Source: Methanomassiliicoccales archaeon UBA147 (lineage in GTDB: Archaea; Thermoplasmatota; Thermoplasmata; SG8-5). Taken from it: a stretch of 58,832 nucleotides of DNA. Positions within the stretch are counted from its first letter, which is position 1; every line of letters begins with the position of its first letter. Position numbers and translations under genes: made by a program. Shown in pieces: positions 9,150 to 17,345 of this stretch. Under the pieces are notes generated by a model that searched no databases, was not told the origin of the DNA, and saw only the letters and a program-made list of their open reading frames with translations. The stretch spans positions 1 through 58,832 of the forward strand of contig DAJR01000022.1 of NCBI GenBank assembly GCA_002496385.1. Reading direction: 5' to 3'.

Positions 9150-9342
9150 AACACAATGAATCACTAATGTTTGGAGATTGTCGATTCATGGCGAATGCTG
9201 TTATTACTATCATTTAGTTACCGCATTCACCGATTGTTTGCCAAATGCTGCGAGCCAAATTGCATGGATTCAGCAAACAAATGTTTGCCATGCTATCGTC
9301 GAATACTTTGCTTTCAGTCATCCAATGTCGTATTCAACATTT

Positions 9343-10134
9343 TTATTCAATCAGAATCGATTTCGGCGCTCCCGCCAGTTCCACAAGTGCCTTCGCTTCC
9401 AGGAAATGCAACTCCCCCGGGATGACCACCGAATGCAGCGGCGGCCCGAAATCTTCGCCCATCATGTTGTCCAGCAAGCCGGCTCTAGCCAGGCAGTCCT
9501 CCGAACCGGCCCTCGCCACCACGCAGATCAGCCTGTCGGGGGTGAGAAAATCCCGGCCAAGCTCGTCCTCGACCGAGGCCAGCACCTCGAGCGCTTCGTT
9601 CGCAGTCATGAACCTGTTCCGGTCCTGCTTGATGTCGAGGAGGCATATCGTGTGCATTCCCTGTTTGAAGTTCTCGTGCGCCTTCTCGTAAAAGCTGGTG
9701 GGGCGGTAATTCGGCTCGGGAAACGGAATAGTCACAGTGCGGCCGAACTTGTAGTTCTGCAGACCCAGGGCCGCGGGTATCGCAGTGAAGGCCGATACCC
9801 CGCCTATCACTTCGGTCTCGATGCCCAGCGCGTGCGCCCTCAGCCGCAGGTCCACATGGGTGGTCGCGCTCATCGCGTCCCCCGGAACCAGGAGGCAGGT
9901 CGGGCATTCCGCCGCACTGTCCAGCACGGTATCCTCGGTCTCGATGGCCCCCCTGTCAACGATGCGGATCTTCGCCCTCAGCAGCTCTTCGAGCCTCGGG
10001 ATGCTCCCCTCTTCAAGGACGGAGGTGTAATTCTCCATGAAGATATGCCTGCACGACCTTGCGGCCTCCAGGCCCCTGAGCGTGATGCCCTTTTCGTCGC
10101 CGAGTCCCAAACCTATGAATATTAGCTTTGCCAT
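9343..10134 (-). CDS. dph5: Diphthine synthase
   Basis: LIFIGLGL..ITLRGL, ENYTS, VPGDAMSATTH, GLQNYKFGRTVT, HTICLLDI. Confidence 0.95.
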   Translation of the reverse strand: MAKLIFIGLGLGDEKGITLRGLEAARSCRHIFMENYTSVLEEGSIPRLEELLRAKIRIVDRGAIETEDTVLDSAAECPTCLLVPGDAMSATTHVDLRLRAHALGIETEVIGGVSAFTAIPAALGLQNYKFGRTVTIPFPEPNYRPTSFYEKAHENFKQGMHTICLLDIKQDRNRFMTANEALEVLASVEDELGRDFLTPDRLICVVARAGSEDCLARAGLLDNMMGEDFGPPLHSVVIPGELHFLEAKALVELAGAPKSILIE

Positions 10135-10143
10135 GTCAGCACC

Positions 10144-11145
10144 GTGAAATGTCTCTGTGCGGTTGTTCCCAAGGCTGAAGGGGAGAAGATGCGTAAAAAG
10201 CTTTCAGAGGCCGGGCTGCTCAGGCCGGATGCCCGGATAACGAGCGACGCGAAGCATGTTTTCATACCCGTGATGTCGGAGAAAGGCCTGAAATGCCCGG
10301 TCATAGAGGTGGACACCGAGCCCGTCGAGGTCCCCAGCCATTACTCGGAAATGCTGGATTTGCCACCGGGTCTGATGGAATTGTTGCCCACTTCCTTCGA
10401 CATTGTCGGCGACATATTCCTCATGAAGCTGACAGACGATGTGCTCCCGTATTCAAAGGACATAGCCGAGGCCCTTCTGGAAACCAACAGCCACGCAAAA
10501 GTTGTGGCGCTGGACCGCGGGGTCAAGGGCGAGTTCCGGACCCGGGACCTTAAAATATTGGCCGGAGAGAAGCGCACCATGACCATCCAGAAGGAGTACG
10601 GTCTTAATTTCCGGGTCGACCTGGCAAAGGTCTATTTCTCCCCGAGGCTGGCGACCGAGAGGAAGCGCATCGCCGACCTCGTGAAGGATGACGAGAAGAT
10701 ACTGGACATGTTCTGCGGCGTCGGACCTTTCGCGATCATGCTTGCCAAGACGGGAAAGCCCGGGAGCGTGTATGCGGTCGACAAGAATCCCGATGCCATT
10801 GATTATCTAATCAAAAATATAAAATTAAACCATATTAATGGCGTCTCGCCGATGCTTGGCGATGCAAGGGATATCGTGCCCCAGCTGCCCCGCCCGGACC
10901 GGATAGTCATGAACCTCCCCCACACGTCCATCGATTTCCTGGATGTCGCCCTCGGGGTGATCAACAAGCGGGGCACAATACACCTTTACCTGATATTGGA
11001 GAAGGGCAGCCAGGAAATGATCAAGAAATCCATCGTCCACCTTGCCACAGCGCTCGGTCGGGCCATTTCCTTCAAGAACATCCATGAGGTTCACACTTAT
11101 TCTCCCACCCAGGGACTCTACTGTTTTGACATGCTCATCGGATGA
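10144..11145 (+). CDS. trm5: tRNA (guanine37-N1) methyltransferase, Trm5/Met-10+ family
   Basis: SFDIVGDI, GEFRTR, KEYGL.FRVDLAKVYFSPRLATER, DMFCGVGPF, RIVMNLP. Confidence 0.9.
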   Translation: MKCLCAVVPKAEGEKMRKKLSEAGLLRPDARITSDAKHVFIPVMSEKGLKCPVIEVDTEPVEVPSHYSEMLDLPPGLMELLPTSFDIVGDIFLMKLTDDVLPYSKDIAEALLETNSHAKVVALDRGVKGEFRTRDLKILAGEKRTMTIQKEYGLNFRVDLAKVYFSPRLATERKRIADLVKDDEKILDMFCGVGPFAIMLAKTGKPGSVYAVDKNPDAIDYLIKNIKLNHINGVSPMLGDARDIVPQLPRPDRIVMNLPHTSIDFLDVALGVINKRGTIHLYLILEKGSQEMIKKSIVHLATALGRAISFKNIHEVHTYSPTQGLYCFDMLIG

Positions 11146-11854
11146 GGCCGATCAATTCGTCGAGCGTCTGGATCGAGCTGATGTCCTTTGGTGCTCCCGC
11201 CGGAAGTTTTCTGCCCCTCAGTATCAGCACCGGCTTCATTCCGACGGCCTGGGAGCCAAGGTAGTCCTTGTCATACCTGTCCCCGACGAATATTATTTCG
11301 CTCGGACTCAGCCCGAGGCTCCCTGCCGCATGCAGGAACGGCCTGGCGTCGGGTTTGGATGCGCCGGCCGTATCCCTTCCGACGATGATGTCGAACATCG
11401 ATGCACTGAGGGTCTTCTTCGGGCTCTCGGCCTCTGCCAGCGATTCCAGGATGGCGTCGACCTCCTCCCGGTAGCCGTTCGTCACCAGGCCCAGGCGGAG
11501 CCCCATCACGGAAAGCCTGTTCAGCACGGGCGCTGAATCGTCGTAAGCCTTCAACCCAGCCATCCCGAACCATCGCTCGTTGATGTATTTGCCGAGTCCC
11601 TTCTTCTTGACGCCGAGCTCCTTCATGACCTCGCTGTCCCACTCGGCATACACCCGGTTGTAGTCCCCGGCGCCGGTCGGGCGTATATCTCCGTGGCGCG
11701 CCAGGAAGGTCGCGGTCGCTTTCCTGTGCGCATCCCGTATGTCCTCCAGGCTCTTCTCGATGCCCTTCTCCCTCAGGATGTGCTGGAATATCTCCTCGGT
11801 GTCCAGGCTTGTGATGAGCGTGTCCCCAAGGTCGAAAAGCACGCATCTGATCAA
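11135..11854 (-). CDS. HAD-superfamily hydrolase
   Basis: Motif I FDLGDTL, motif II VTNG, motif III KPD, motif IV VGDRYDKD. Confidence 0.9.
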   Translation of the reverse strand: MIRCVLFDLGDTLITSLDTEEIFQHILREKGIEKSLEDIRDAHRKATATFLARHGDIRPTGAGDYNRVYAEWDSEVMKELGVKKKGLGKYINERWFGMAGLKAYDDSAPVLNRLSVMGLRLGLVTNGYREEVDAILESLAEAESPKKTLSASMFDIIVGRDTAGASKPDARPFLHAAGSLGLSPSEIIFVGDRYDKDYLGSQAVGMKPVLILRGRKLPAGAPKDISSIQTLDELIGLIR

Positions 11855-12327
11855 GAGAGCTTCACCCCTCTCTGCCCCTGGTAATTGCCGGAGCGCTGGG
11901 CATATGCCTTCTCAGACGGCGCGTCCAGCCTCTCGAACACTATCTGCGCGAATCTCTGGCCGATCGGGATAACCACCTCTCTCTCCGAGGAATTGAAGGC
12001 CGAAAGCGTGAGCGTGCCCTCGAAGCCCGCATCCACCTTTCCGAAGCTGGAGATTATGCCCTTCCTTGCCCAACTGGTTCGTATCCACAGCTGCGTGGTT
12101 ATCTGCGGTCCGCATTTCACGTACTCCAGTGTGCTCACCGCGAACCATTTTCCCGGCGGTATGGCCACATCCCCCGATGTCTGGGTCTGTCCGCCCTGCC
12201 CGACCCTGATCTCCGCGATTGTGAGGTCATAGCCGTTCGGAGTGAGGTTCCCCTCGATAAAATTCTCGATTGCCAGTTCCCCGGCTTCCATGGCTTTCAG
12301 GATGCCCCCGTCCGACAGTATGCTCAT
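11851..12327 (-). CDS. dcd: dCTP deaminase/dUTPase family protein
   Basis: MSILSD start, PNGYDL, RTSWARKG, GKVDAGFEGTLTL, GQRFAQIVF, YAQRSGNYQGQRGV. Confidence 0.9.
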   Translation of the reverse strand: MSILSDGGILKAMEAGELAIENFIEGNLTPNGYDLTIAEIRVGQGGQTQTSGDVAIPPGKWFAVSTLEYVKCGPQITTQLWIRTSWARKGIISSFGKVDAGFEGTLTLSAFNSSEREVVIPIGQRFAQIVFERLDAPSEKAYAQRSGNYQGQRGVKLS

Positions 12328-12356
12328 GCCGGCTCGCATCCCTTGTGAATACAAAA

Positions 12357-13352
12357 TCATTTTGGCGCTGCGAGTCTGCCTAGGTCCCCGGCCGAGCCCA
12401 TGAACGGCTCCGCATCCAGGTAATCGAGCCATCTGTCCCTGCACCCGCATCCGAGCCCCTTGAATATAGCTGAGTCTCCCTCAAGAGAGAATGCCTCGAT
12501 TGCTTTGAGGATCGCATCGTCGCACTTCCCGCAGTTGTGCGTGCCACGCTTGGACCCGCCGCCGGACGGTGCGGACATCAGTCTGGCATTTGTCAGCCCG
12601 CTGCCCCTCTCAAGGACCTCTGCAAGGCTCCACAGCCAAGGAGGCCGATACAGGTTCCTCTTCCACAGCCCCTCCACGACAGTCCCGCGCTGGACGTTCA
12701 TCGGGTTCACGGAAATGGATTGGCTCATTTTTCCCGCTCTTTCGATTGATACCAGTGCGTCATCGATTGATCCTCTCTCCGTGAGATAGGGCGGTTTTAG
12801 CAGGAGGTAGGTCCTGATGCTCGCGCCCATGTCGGCGGCAGTGCTGCACGCTCTCTCATAATTACTGAAAAGGAACCCCTTATTGATGCTCCTCGCCCTG
12901 ATGCCGTCATCGGCAGTCTCCAGCCCCACGGCGACCTCAAGTTCATTGACGGCGCCCAGCATATCTTCGAGAACAGGCCGGCTGACGAATTCCGGCCTCG
13001 ATTCGACCAGTACCTTCCCGGCCTTCTCCCCGGCAATCTTGAGGATGGCCGCCCTGGTTTCCGGTTCGATTTCCCCCGGGTCGAGGAAGCTTCCGGAGGT
13101 GTAAATCTTGATATACGGCTGGCCGGCGTGCTTCGCCATGGCCTTCTCGAACTGGGCGACGAGGTCATTCGGGGTCACCGAGCCGAGAGAGTCCCGGTTG
13201 TACCCGCACATCAGGCAGCCGGATTTTCTTGACCAGCAGCACCCCCTGCTTCTCAGGATGATGACCAGGGCATCAACCGCCTTGCCGCCGAGCATATCCT
13301 TCTCGGACCAAACTGACAACGGTTCCCCGGCGTCCGGCCTGCGCCTAGCCAT
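12357..13352 (-). CDS. Archaeosine biosynthesis radical SAM protein (RaSEA family)
   Basis: IILRSRGC.W..SGCLMCGY, KIYTSGSFLD, VESRPEF, TYLLLKPP, RPPWLWS, RGTHNCGKCD. Confidence 0.9.
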   Translation of the reverse strand: MARRRPDAGEPLSVWSEKDMLGGKAVDALVIILRSRGCCWSRKSGCLMCGYNRDSLGSVTPNDLVAQFEKAMAKHAGQPYIKIYTSGSFLDPGEIEPETRAAILKIAGEKAGKVLVESRPEFVSRPVLEDMLGAVNELEVAVGLETADDGIRARSINKGFLFSNYERACSTAADMGASIRTYLLLKPPYLTERGSIDDALVSIERAGKMSQSISVNPMNVQRGTVVEGLWKRNLYRPPWLWSLAEVLERGSGLTNARLMSAPSGGGSKRGTHNCGKCDDAILKAIEAFSLEGDSAIFKGLGCGCRDRWLDYLDAEPFMGSAGDLGRLAAPK

Positions 13353-13521
13353 ATAGGTTCCCCCGGTTGACAACATGGGGCTGAGCACTGAATCCCTTGA
13401 CCATCATGGGACGGCGATTGCGAACAGACTAAAAAGCTATTGTGTATATATTACAGAAATAAACATCAGATATATATGCCTGTACATTTTTCCCGAACCA
13501 CAGTTATTTGGAGATGGAAAT

Positions 13522-14568
13522 ATGAACAAATGCCCGATATGCTCGAATCAGTTGAGTTATGTACAGCAATATCAACAGTGGTACTGCCACACCTGCAAAG
13601 CCTACAAGGTGCCGGCAGCCGCACCCGCCCAACCCGCGGGGCAGCCCCTTTACCAGCAGCAACACCAGTATCAACAGCCCGCTCACCAACAACCGCAACC
13701 TCATTATCAACAGCAAACTCAATACCAGCAGGGACCGGCCCAACCAGCCCATCAACAGCCCGCCCAGGCGCAATACCAGCACCAGCCGCAAGCCCAACCC
13801 CAGCCACAATACCAGCAACCGCAAGCGCAACCCCATTACCAACAGCAGCCAACCGTCCAACCGAACTACCCGCAGGACATGGGCGGGGAGCTTGAATGCC
13901 GCATCGAGCATTCTCCTTCATTCTCGGTTCTCATTTTCAGCCTGAAGCCCGGCCAGAGCGTCCTCACCGAGAAAGGCGCCATGATGTTCATGCACAACAC
14001 GATAGACATAGCCACGCATGGCAGACAGGGCGGCATCATGAAGGGCCTGGTCACTTCCGCGCTGGGAGGCGAATCCTTCTTCGTCAACACATACACCGCA
14101 GCACGCGGACCGGGAGAGTTGGCACTGGTGGGCCCGACCATGGGCGACGTGCGGGCGCTGGACGTCACGACCGCCCCTATGATATTGCAGAGCGGCGCGT
14201 TCCTGGCTTCGCACACCACCGTGGGCCTGGACACAAAGTGGCAGGGCCTCAAGGGTTTCCTGTCCGAGCGGGATTTCGTGATGCTCAGGGCCTCCGGCCA
14301 GGGGAAAGTATGGGTCACATCCTTCGGCGCGATAGTCGAGAAGGACCTCCGGCCGGGCGAAGTATTGTCTGTCGACACGGGTCATCTTGTCGCCTTCCCT
14401 GACACGATGCAGTTCTCCGTCCGCAGGGTGGGCGGTTGGAAGTCAACCATCCTGAGCGGCGAAGGCCTGGTCACAGATCTTGTGGGGCCAGGAAAGGTGC
14501 TGCTCCAGACGAGGACGATAGGCGCCTTCGCGGTGTCGCTGATACCCTATCTGCCCGACAGGAAATAA
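13522..14568 (+). CDS. TIGR00266/AIM24 family protein with N-terminal zinc ribbon and Gln/Pro-rich linker
   Basis: CPIC..YQQWYCHTC, then ~90 aa Q/P/Y low complexity, then EKGAMM, GGESFFVNTY, VDTGHLVAF, SGEGLV..GPGKV.LQTR. Confidence 0.9.
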   Translation: MNKCPICSNQLSYVQQYQQWYCHTCKAYKVPAAAPAQPAGQPLYQQQHQYQQPAHQQPQPHYQQQTQYQQGPAQPAHQQPAQAQYQHQPQAQPQPQYQQPQAQPHYQQQPTVQPNYPQDMGGELECRIEHSPSFSVLIFSLKPGQSVLTEKGAMMFMHNTIDIATHGRQGGIMKGLVTSALGGESFFVNTYTAARGPGELALVGPTMGDVRALDVTTAPMILQSGAFLASHTTVGLDTKWQGLKGFLSERDFVMLRASGQGKVWVTSFGAIVEKDLRPGEVLSVDTGHLVAFPDTMQFSVRRVGGWKSTILSGEGLVTDLVGPGKVLLQTRTIGAFAVSLIPYLPDRK

Positions 14569-14580
14569 TGGGACAATTGA

Positions 14581-14901
14581 CCCGCCCTCACAGGCGGGGC
14601 ATGGTCGGGATGGTTGGGACATATCACCGGGTTGTGTGCCGATGTCAACACCCCCTGGCCCTCACAGGCCAGGCCCCCAAAGGATGATGACGGTAATAGT
14701 GTCATCAACCCGGTTCGAAAAACCGGGTCACGACCCCGGCCTTGTATTCAAATTGTGAAGGGCGACCGAGGCATGAACGGGTTGGCCGGTGCCAATTCTC
14801 AGTTTTTGGCAATCCGGGTGTTGGGGTGAAGTTTATGGTCAGGCCATTTTAAACGATAATGGCCATACCCCCCGTCCTCACATGCGGGGCATGGTCGGGA
14901 T
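14581..14901 (+). mobile_element. Internally deleted copy of a dispersed palindromic element, bounded by two 33-bp end motifs
   Basis: CCCG(C/T)CCTCACA(G/T)GCGGGGCATGGTCGGGATGG at 14581-14613 and ~14869-14901. Blocks gatgtcaacacc.cctggccctca, acaggccaggcc..caaaggatga and cccggtt....aaaccggg.cacgacccc match the reverse complement of 52270-52440. Confidence 0.65.
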
Positions 14902-14970
14902 GGCAGGATAAACCATTAGCAATGTTTAATAATATAATGGTAATCGCGCTACTGTCTGTTATAGTACACT

Positions 14971-15126
14971 CGCAAACAATTCGCCACTGTGGCATAGCCT
15001 GGTACACTGACCGAATCGCTTCGCGACTCGGTCGTGCCTCGATGACTTGGGTCATCTTCGGGCGCCAGCGCTACCATCTGTGGCGAGTCATACGCAAACA
15101 ATTCGCCACTGTGGCATAGCCTGGTA
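14971..15126 (+). repeat. 34-bp perfect direct repeat (14971-15004, 15093-15126) comprising 12 nt of leader plus the first 22 nt of tRNA-Thr
   Basis: cgcaaacaattcgccactgtggcatagcctggta occurs twice around an 88-bp hairpin-rich insert. Confidence 0.92.
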
Positions 15127-15178
15127 GCGCGGCTGATTTGTAATCAGCAGGTCGAGGGTTCAAATCCCTTCAGTGGCT
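15105..15178 (+). tRNA. tRNA-Thr(UGU), intronless, CCA not encoded
   Basis: Acceptor GCCACTG/CAGTGGC, anticodon arm GCTGA-tt TGT aa-TCAGC, T arm GAGGG-TTCAAAT-CCCTT. Confidence 0.95.
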
Positions 15179-15366
15179 CTTTAATTTATTTTAACAAAAC
15201 TGAAGGGATTTGAAGCTAGACCTAGTTTCGTTATTTTCAAACAAAATCAGAGAAACTAGGTCGTAGGTTCGACGAGCTTGCTCGTCGAATTAGAATATCT
15301 AACATTGGAGCGTTTCTTTCATCCTTCGCATTGCATATTATTACAAAACATCAGTGGCTCTTTAAT
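15170..15366 (+). repeat. 16-bp direct repeat of the tRNA 3' end (15170-15185, 15351-15366) enclosing inverted repeats
   Basis: tcagtggctctttaat occurs twice. Inside: antisense of the tRNA T arm (15199-15214), GACCTAGTTTC/GAAACTAGGTC (15219-15229/15252-15262), TTCGACGAGC-tt-GCTCGTCGAA (15268-15289). Confidence 0.85.
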
Positions 15367-15387
15367 ATTTTTCCAGCCACATACCGT

Positions 15388-15407
15388 GCCCTCACAGGCG
15401 GGGCATG
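15388..15407 (+). repeat. Isolated end motif of the dispersed palindromic element
   Basis: gccctcacaggcggggcatg, identical to the motif within 14581-14602 and 50069-50092. Confidence 0.75.
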
Positions 15408-15520
15408 CTGTTTTCGCCGCTGGGGGCTCCAGCGGCATGTGCTTCCTGTCCTGACCGGCCAATCGACATATTTCAGAAATGCTTATATCCCTTCATTATT
15501 TACCTCGTTTGAGGATATCC

Positions 15521-16072
15521 ATGACAAAGAGGGCGGTGCAAAAAGTAATATTGCTAGGGGACGGAGCGGTAGGCAAAACATCGCTTGTGCGCAAATTCGT
15601 GCACAACGAGTTCAGCGAGAATTATATTTTCACTATCGGAGTCAACATCTCCGACAAGGAAATGCTGGTAAAAACCGACAAGGATGACGTTGAAGTGAAG
15701 ATGCTTATCTGGGACATATTGGGCCAGAAGGACTTTCACAGAACACAATCAGAATCTTTCATCGGCACGGTCGGGGCGCTCCTGGTCGCGGACATAACCC
15801 GGAAGGAAACGCTTGACAACCTTGAAAAATACTGGATACCACAGTATGAGAAGGTCGCGGGAAAAGTTCCGATTGTTATCCTGGCCAACAAGTCCGACCT
15901 GAAGGACAAAGCCCAATTCTCAGAGAAGGAATTGAAGGAATTTGTGGAGAAATACAAGAAGGCGACGGGTATCACTCCGTCATACTACATGACCAGTGCG
16001 AAAACCGGCAAGGACGTCGAAATAGCCTTCAACGGTCTTGCAACCCGGATCGCCAAGTACAAGGGAATGTAA
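15521..16072 (+). CDS. Rab-like small GTPase (Ras superfamily)
   Basis: G1 GDGAVGKT, G2 FTIG, G3 WDILGQ, G4 NKSD, G5 SAK. No C-terminal CaaX/CC prenylation motif. Start taken at MTKRAVQK. Confidence 0.92.
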   Translation: MTKRAVQKVILLGDGAVGKTSLVRKFVHNEFSENYIFTIGVNISDKEMLVKTDKDDVEVKMLIWDILGQKDFHRTQSESFIGTVGALLVADITRKETLDNLEKYWIPQYEKVAGKVPIVILANKSDLKDKAQFSEKELKEFVEKYKKATGITPSYYMTSAKTGKDVEIAFNGLATRIAKYKGM

Positions 16073-16083
16073 TTTCCGGTGAA

Positions 16084-16362
16084 GTGGCCTTGGAAGAAGA
16101 AAAGTTGTCCCTCGCCGGGGTGGCAGACACGATAATGCTCGAGTTCTGCAGGTCGGTGGGCGGGCTTGAGAAAGGCAGCCCGTACATCGAGAAAGCCTTC
16201 AGAGAGGCGGGCCTGAACCTTTATGACCCGACTGGCGAGCAGATCGAAAAGGCGATTGCCAATCTTGCCGCAATCGAGACCGAGCTGTTCGGCGAGGCCA
16301 AGGCCCTAGAGAACCGGGAGAACAGGCTTGAGATGCTGAAGAAGGCAAACACAATCACATGA
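16084..16362 (+). CDS. Small helical protein homologous to the C-terminal domain of the neighbouring GTPase
   Basis: GTG start 11 bp after the GTPase stop. Pattern D...EF...VG...KAF......PT....K.I...A aligns by eye with the tail of 16355-17236. Confidence 0.75.
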   Translation: MALEEEKLSLAGVADTIMLEFCRSVGGLEKGSPYIEKAFREAGLNLYDPTGEQIEKAIANLAAIETELFGEAKALENRENRLEMLKKANTIT

Positions 16363-17236
16363 TGGTTTCAAGCCAGGCCAGCCATTTTCTCTGGTAAGCC
16401 TTCGCCTTTTCTTCATCTATGCCATGCTCGGCCGCCATCCTGGCTGTTGATTTGATAATTTTCACCATGCCATCATATGTCGGTTTCTGGTTGGACACAT
16501 TCTCATCCTTGAACGCTTTCTGAAGGAGAGAATTCGAAAGCTCCTGGCCGACCAGCGCCTCGAAGTCGATGAACAGGCGGTCCACGAGAGCCACAATGGT
16601 GTCGATTTCATCAGCCCAGAATATCTCGTCGGCGACGAGTCCGTCCATGTCATCCATCAAATCGTCTTTCTCCCAGTTGTTGGCCAGCATCATCCAGGAC
16701 GCGATCTCGAAAGCCTTCTCGACATTGTCCCCTATCTTGGCGCTTGTGGGGTACCAGCTTATGGCCATCGGGTTCTTTGCCACCGCGCCGTCCGGGTCCA
16801 GCGACAGCAATGCCGAGGCAATGCCCTCCTTCTTTGGCAGAGCCCCCGAATATATGTCCAGCTTGTTGCTCAGGAAGATTATCGGCGGCAGGACTCCTGA
16901 ACTTATCCTTCTCAAAAGCGGGATCCAGTAATCGGCAAGCCCCTTCAATGTTTCAGGCCTGGTCAGGTCGGATACCAGGATGGCGCAGTCCGCCCCGGCG
17001 ATGTGCTTCGCCTGGGTCGAGGAATACCCCTGGGCGCCGATGACGTCCCATATCATGAGTACAATCTCGACGCTCTCCTTTCTGAAATCAATCTTCACCG
17101 TCTTCTTGGAGGTCTTGGTGCCGACCGTGCTGATATAACTGTCGTCGAACTGGTCCTCGACGAATTTCCTGATAAGGCTGGTCTTTCCGACCGCGGAATC
17201 GCCCAGGAGCACGACTTTCTTGACGTAGGACTTCAT
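16355..17236 (-). CDS. Rab-like small GTPase with C-terminal helical domain
   Basis: G1 GDSAVGKT, G2 STVG, G3 WDVIGA, G4 NKLD, G5 SAK, then an acidic linker and an ~80-aa helical domain. Confidence 0.9.
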   Translation of the reverse strand: MKSYVKKVVLLGDSAVGKTSLIRKFVEDQFDDSYISTVGTKTSKKTVKIDFRKESVEIVLMIWDVIGAQGYSSTQAKHIAGADCAILVSDLTRPETLKGLADYWIPLLRRISSGVLPPIIFLSNKLDIYSGALPKKEGIASALLSLDPDGAVAKNPMAISWYPTSAKIGDNVEKAFEIASWMMLANNWEKDDLMDDMDGLVADEIFWADEIDTIVALVDRLFIDFEALVGQELSNSLLQKAFKDENVSNQKPTYDGMVKIIKSTARMAAEHGIDEEKAKAYQRKWLAWLETIM

Positions 17237-17345
17237 CCCGCCCAGGTAAAACTTATATGTATTTCTTACTTTGCAAGGGGCGGGAGGTCAACGAGGGCGG
17301 CGCGGCATTTATCGACCCAATATTTTATATCTTAATTGAATGTTT

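Noticed and set aside
9178-10125. 315-aa plus-strand ORF overlapping dph5
   Set aside because: Shadow ORF with no domain signal; dph5 on the opposite strand is unambiguous.
11135-11145. Convergent 3' overlaps (trm5/HAD, PRC/rpa2, nuclease/MFS, zinc finger/exported protein)
   Set aside because: Short tail-to-tail overlaps are routine in compact archaeal genomes.
14971-15178. tRNA with a D-loop intron or a split/permuted tRNA
   Set aside because: The downstream copy is already a complete 74-nt tRNA. The upstream piece is a duplication including leader sequence, and no bulge-helix-bulge junction is evident.
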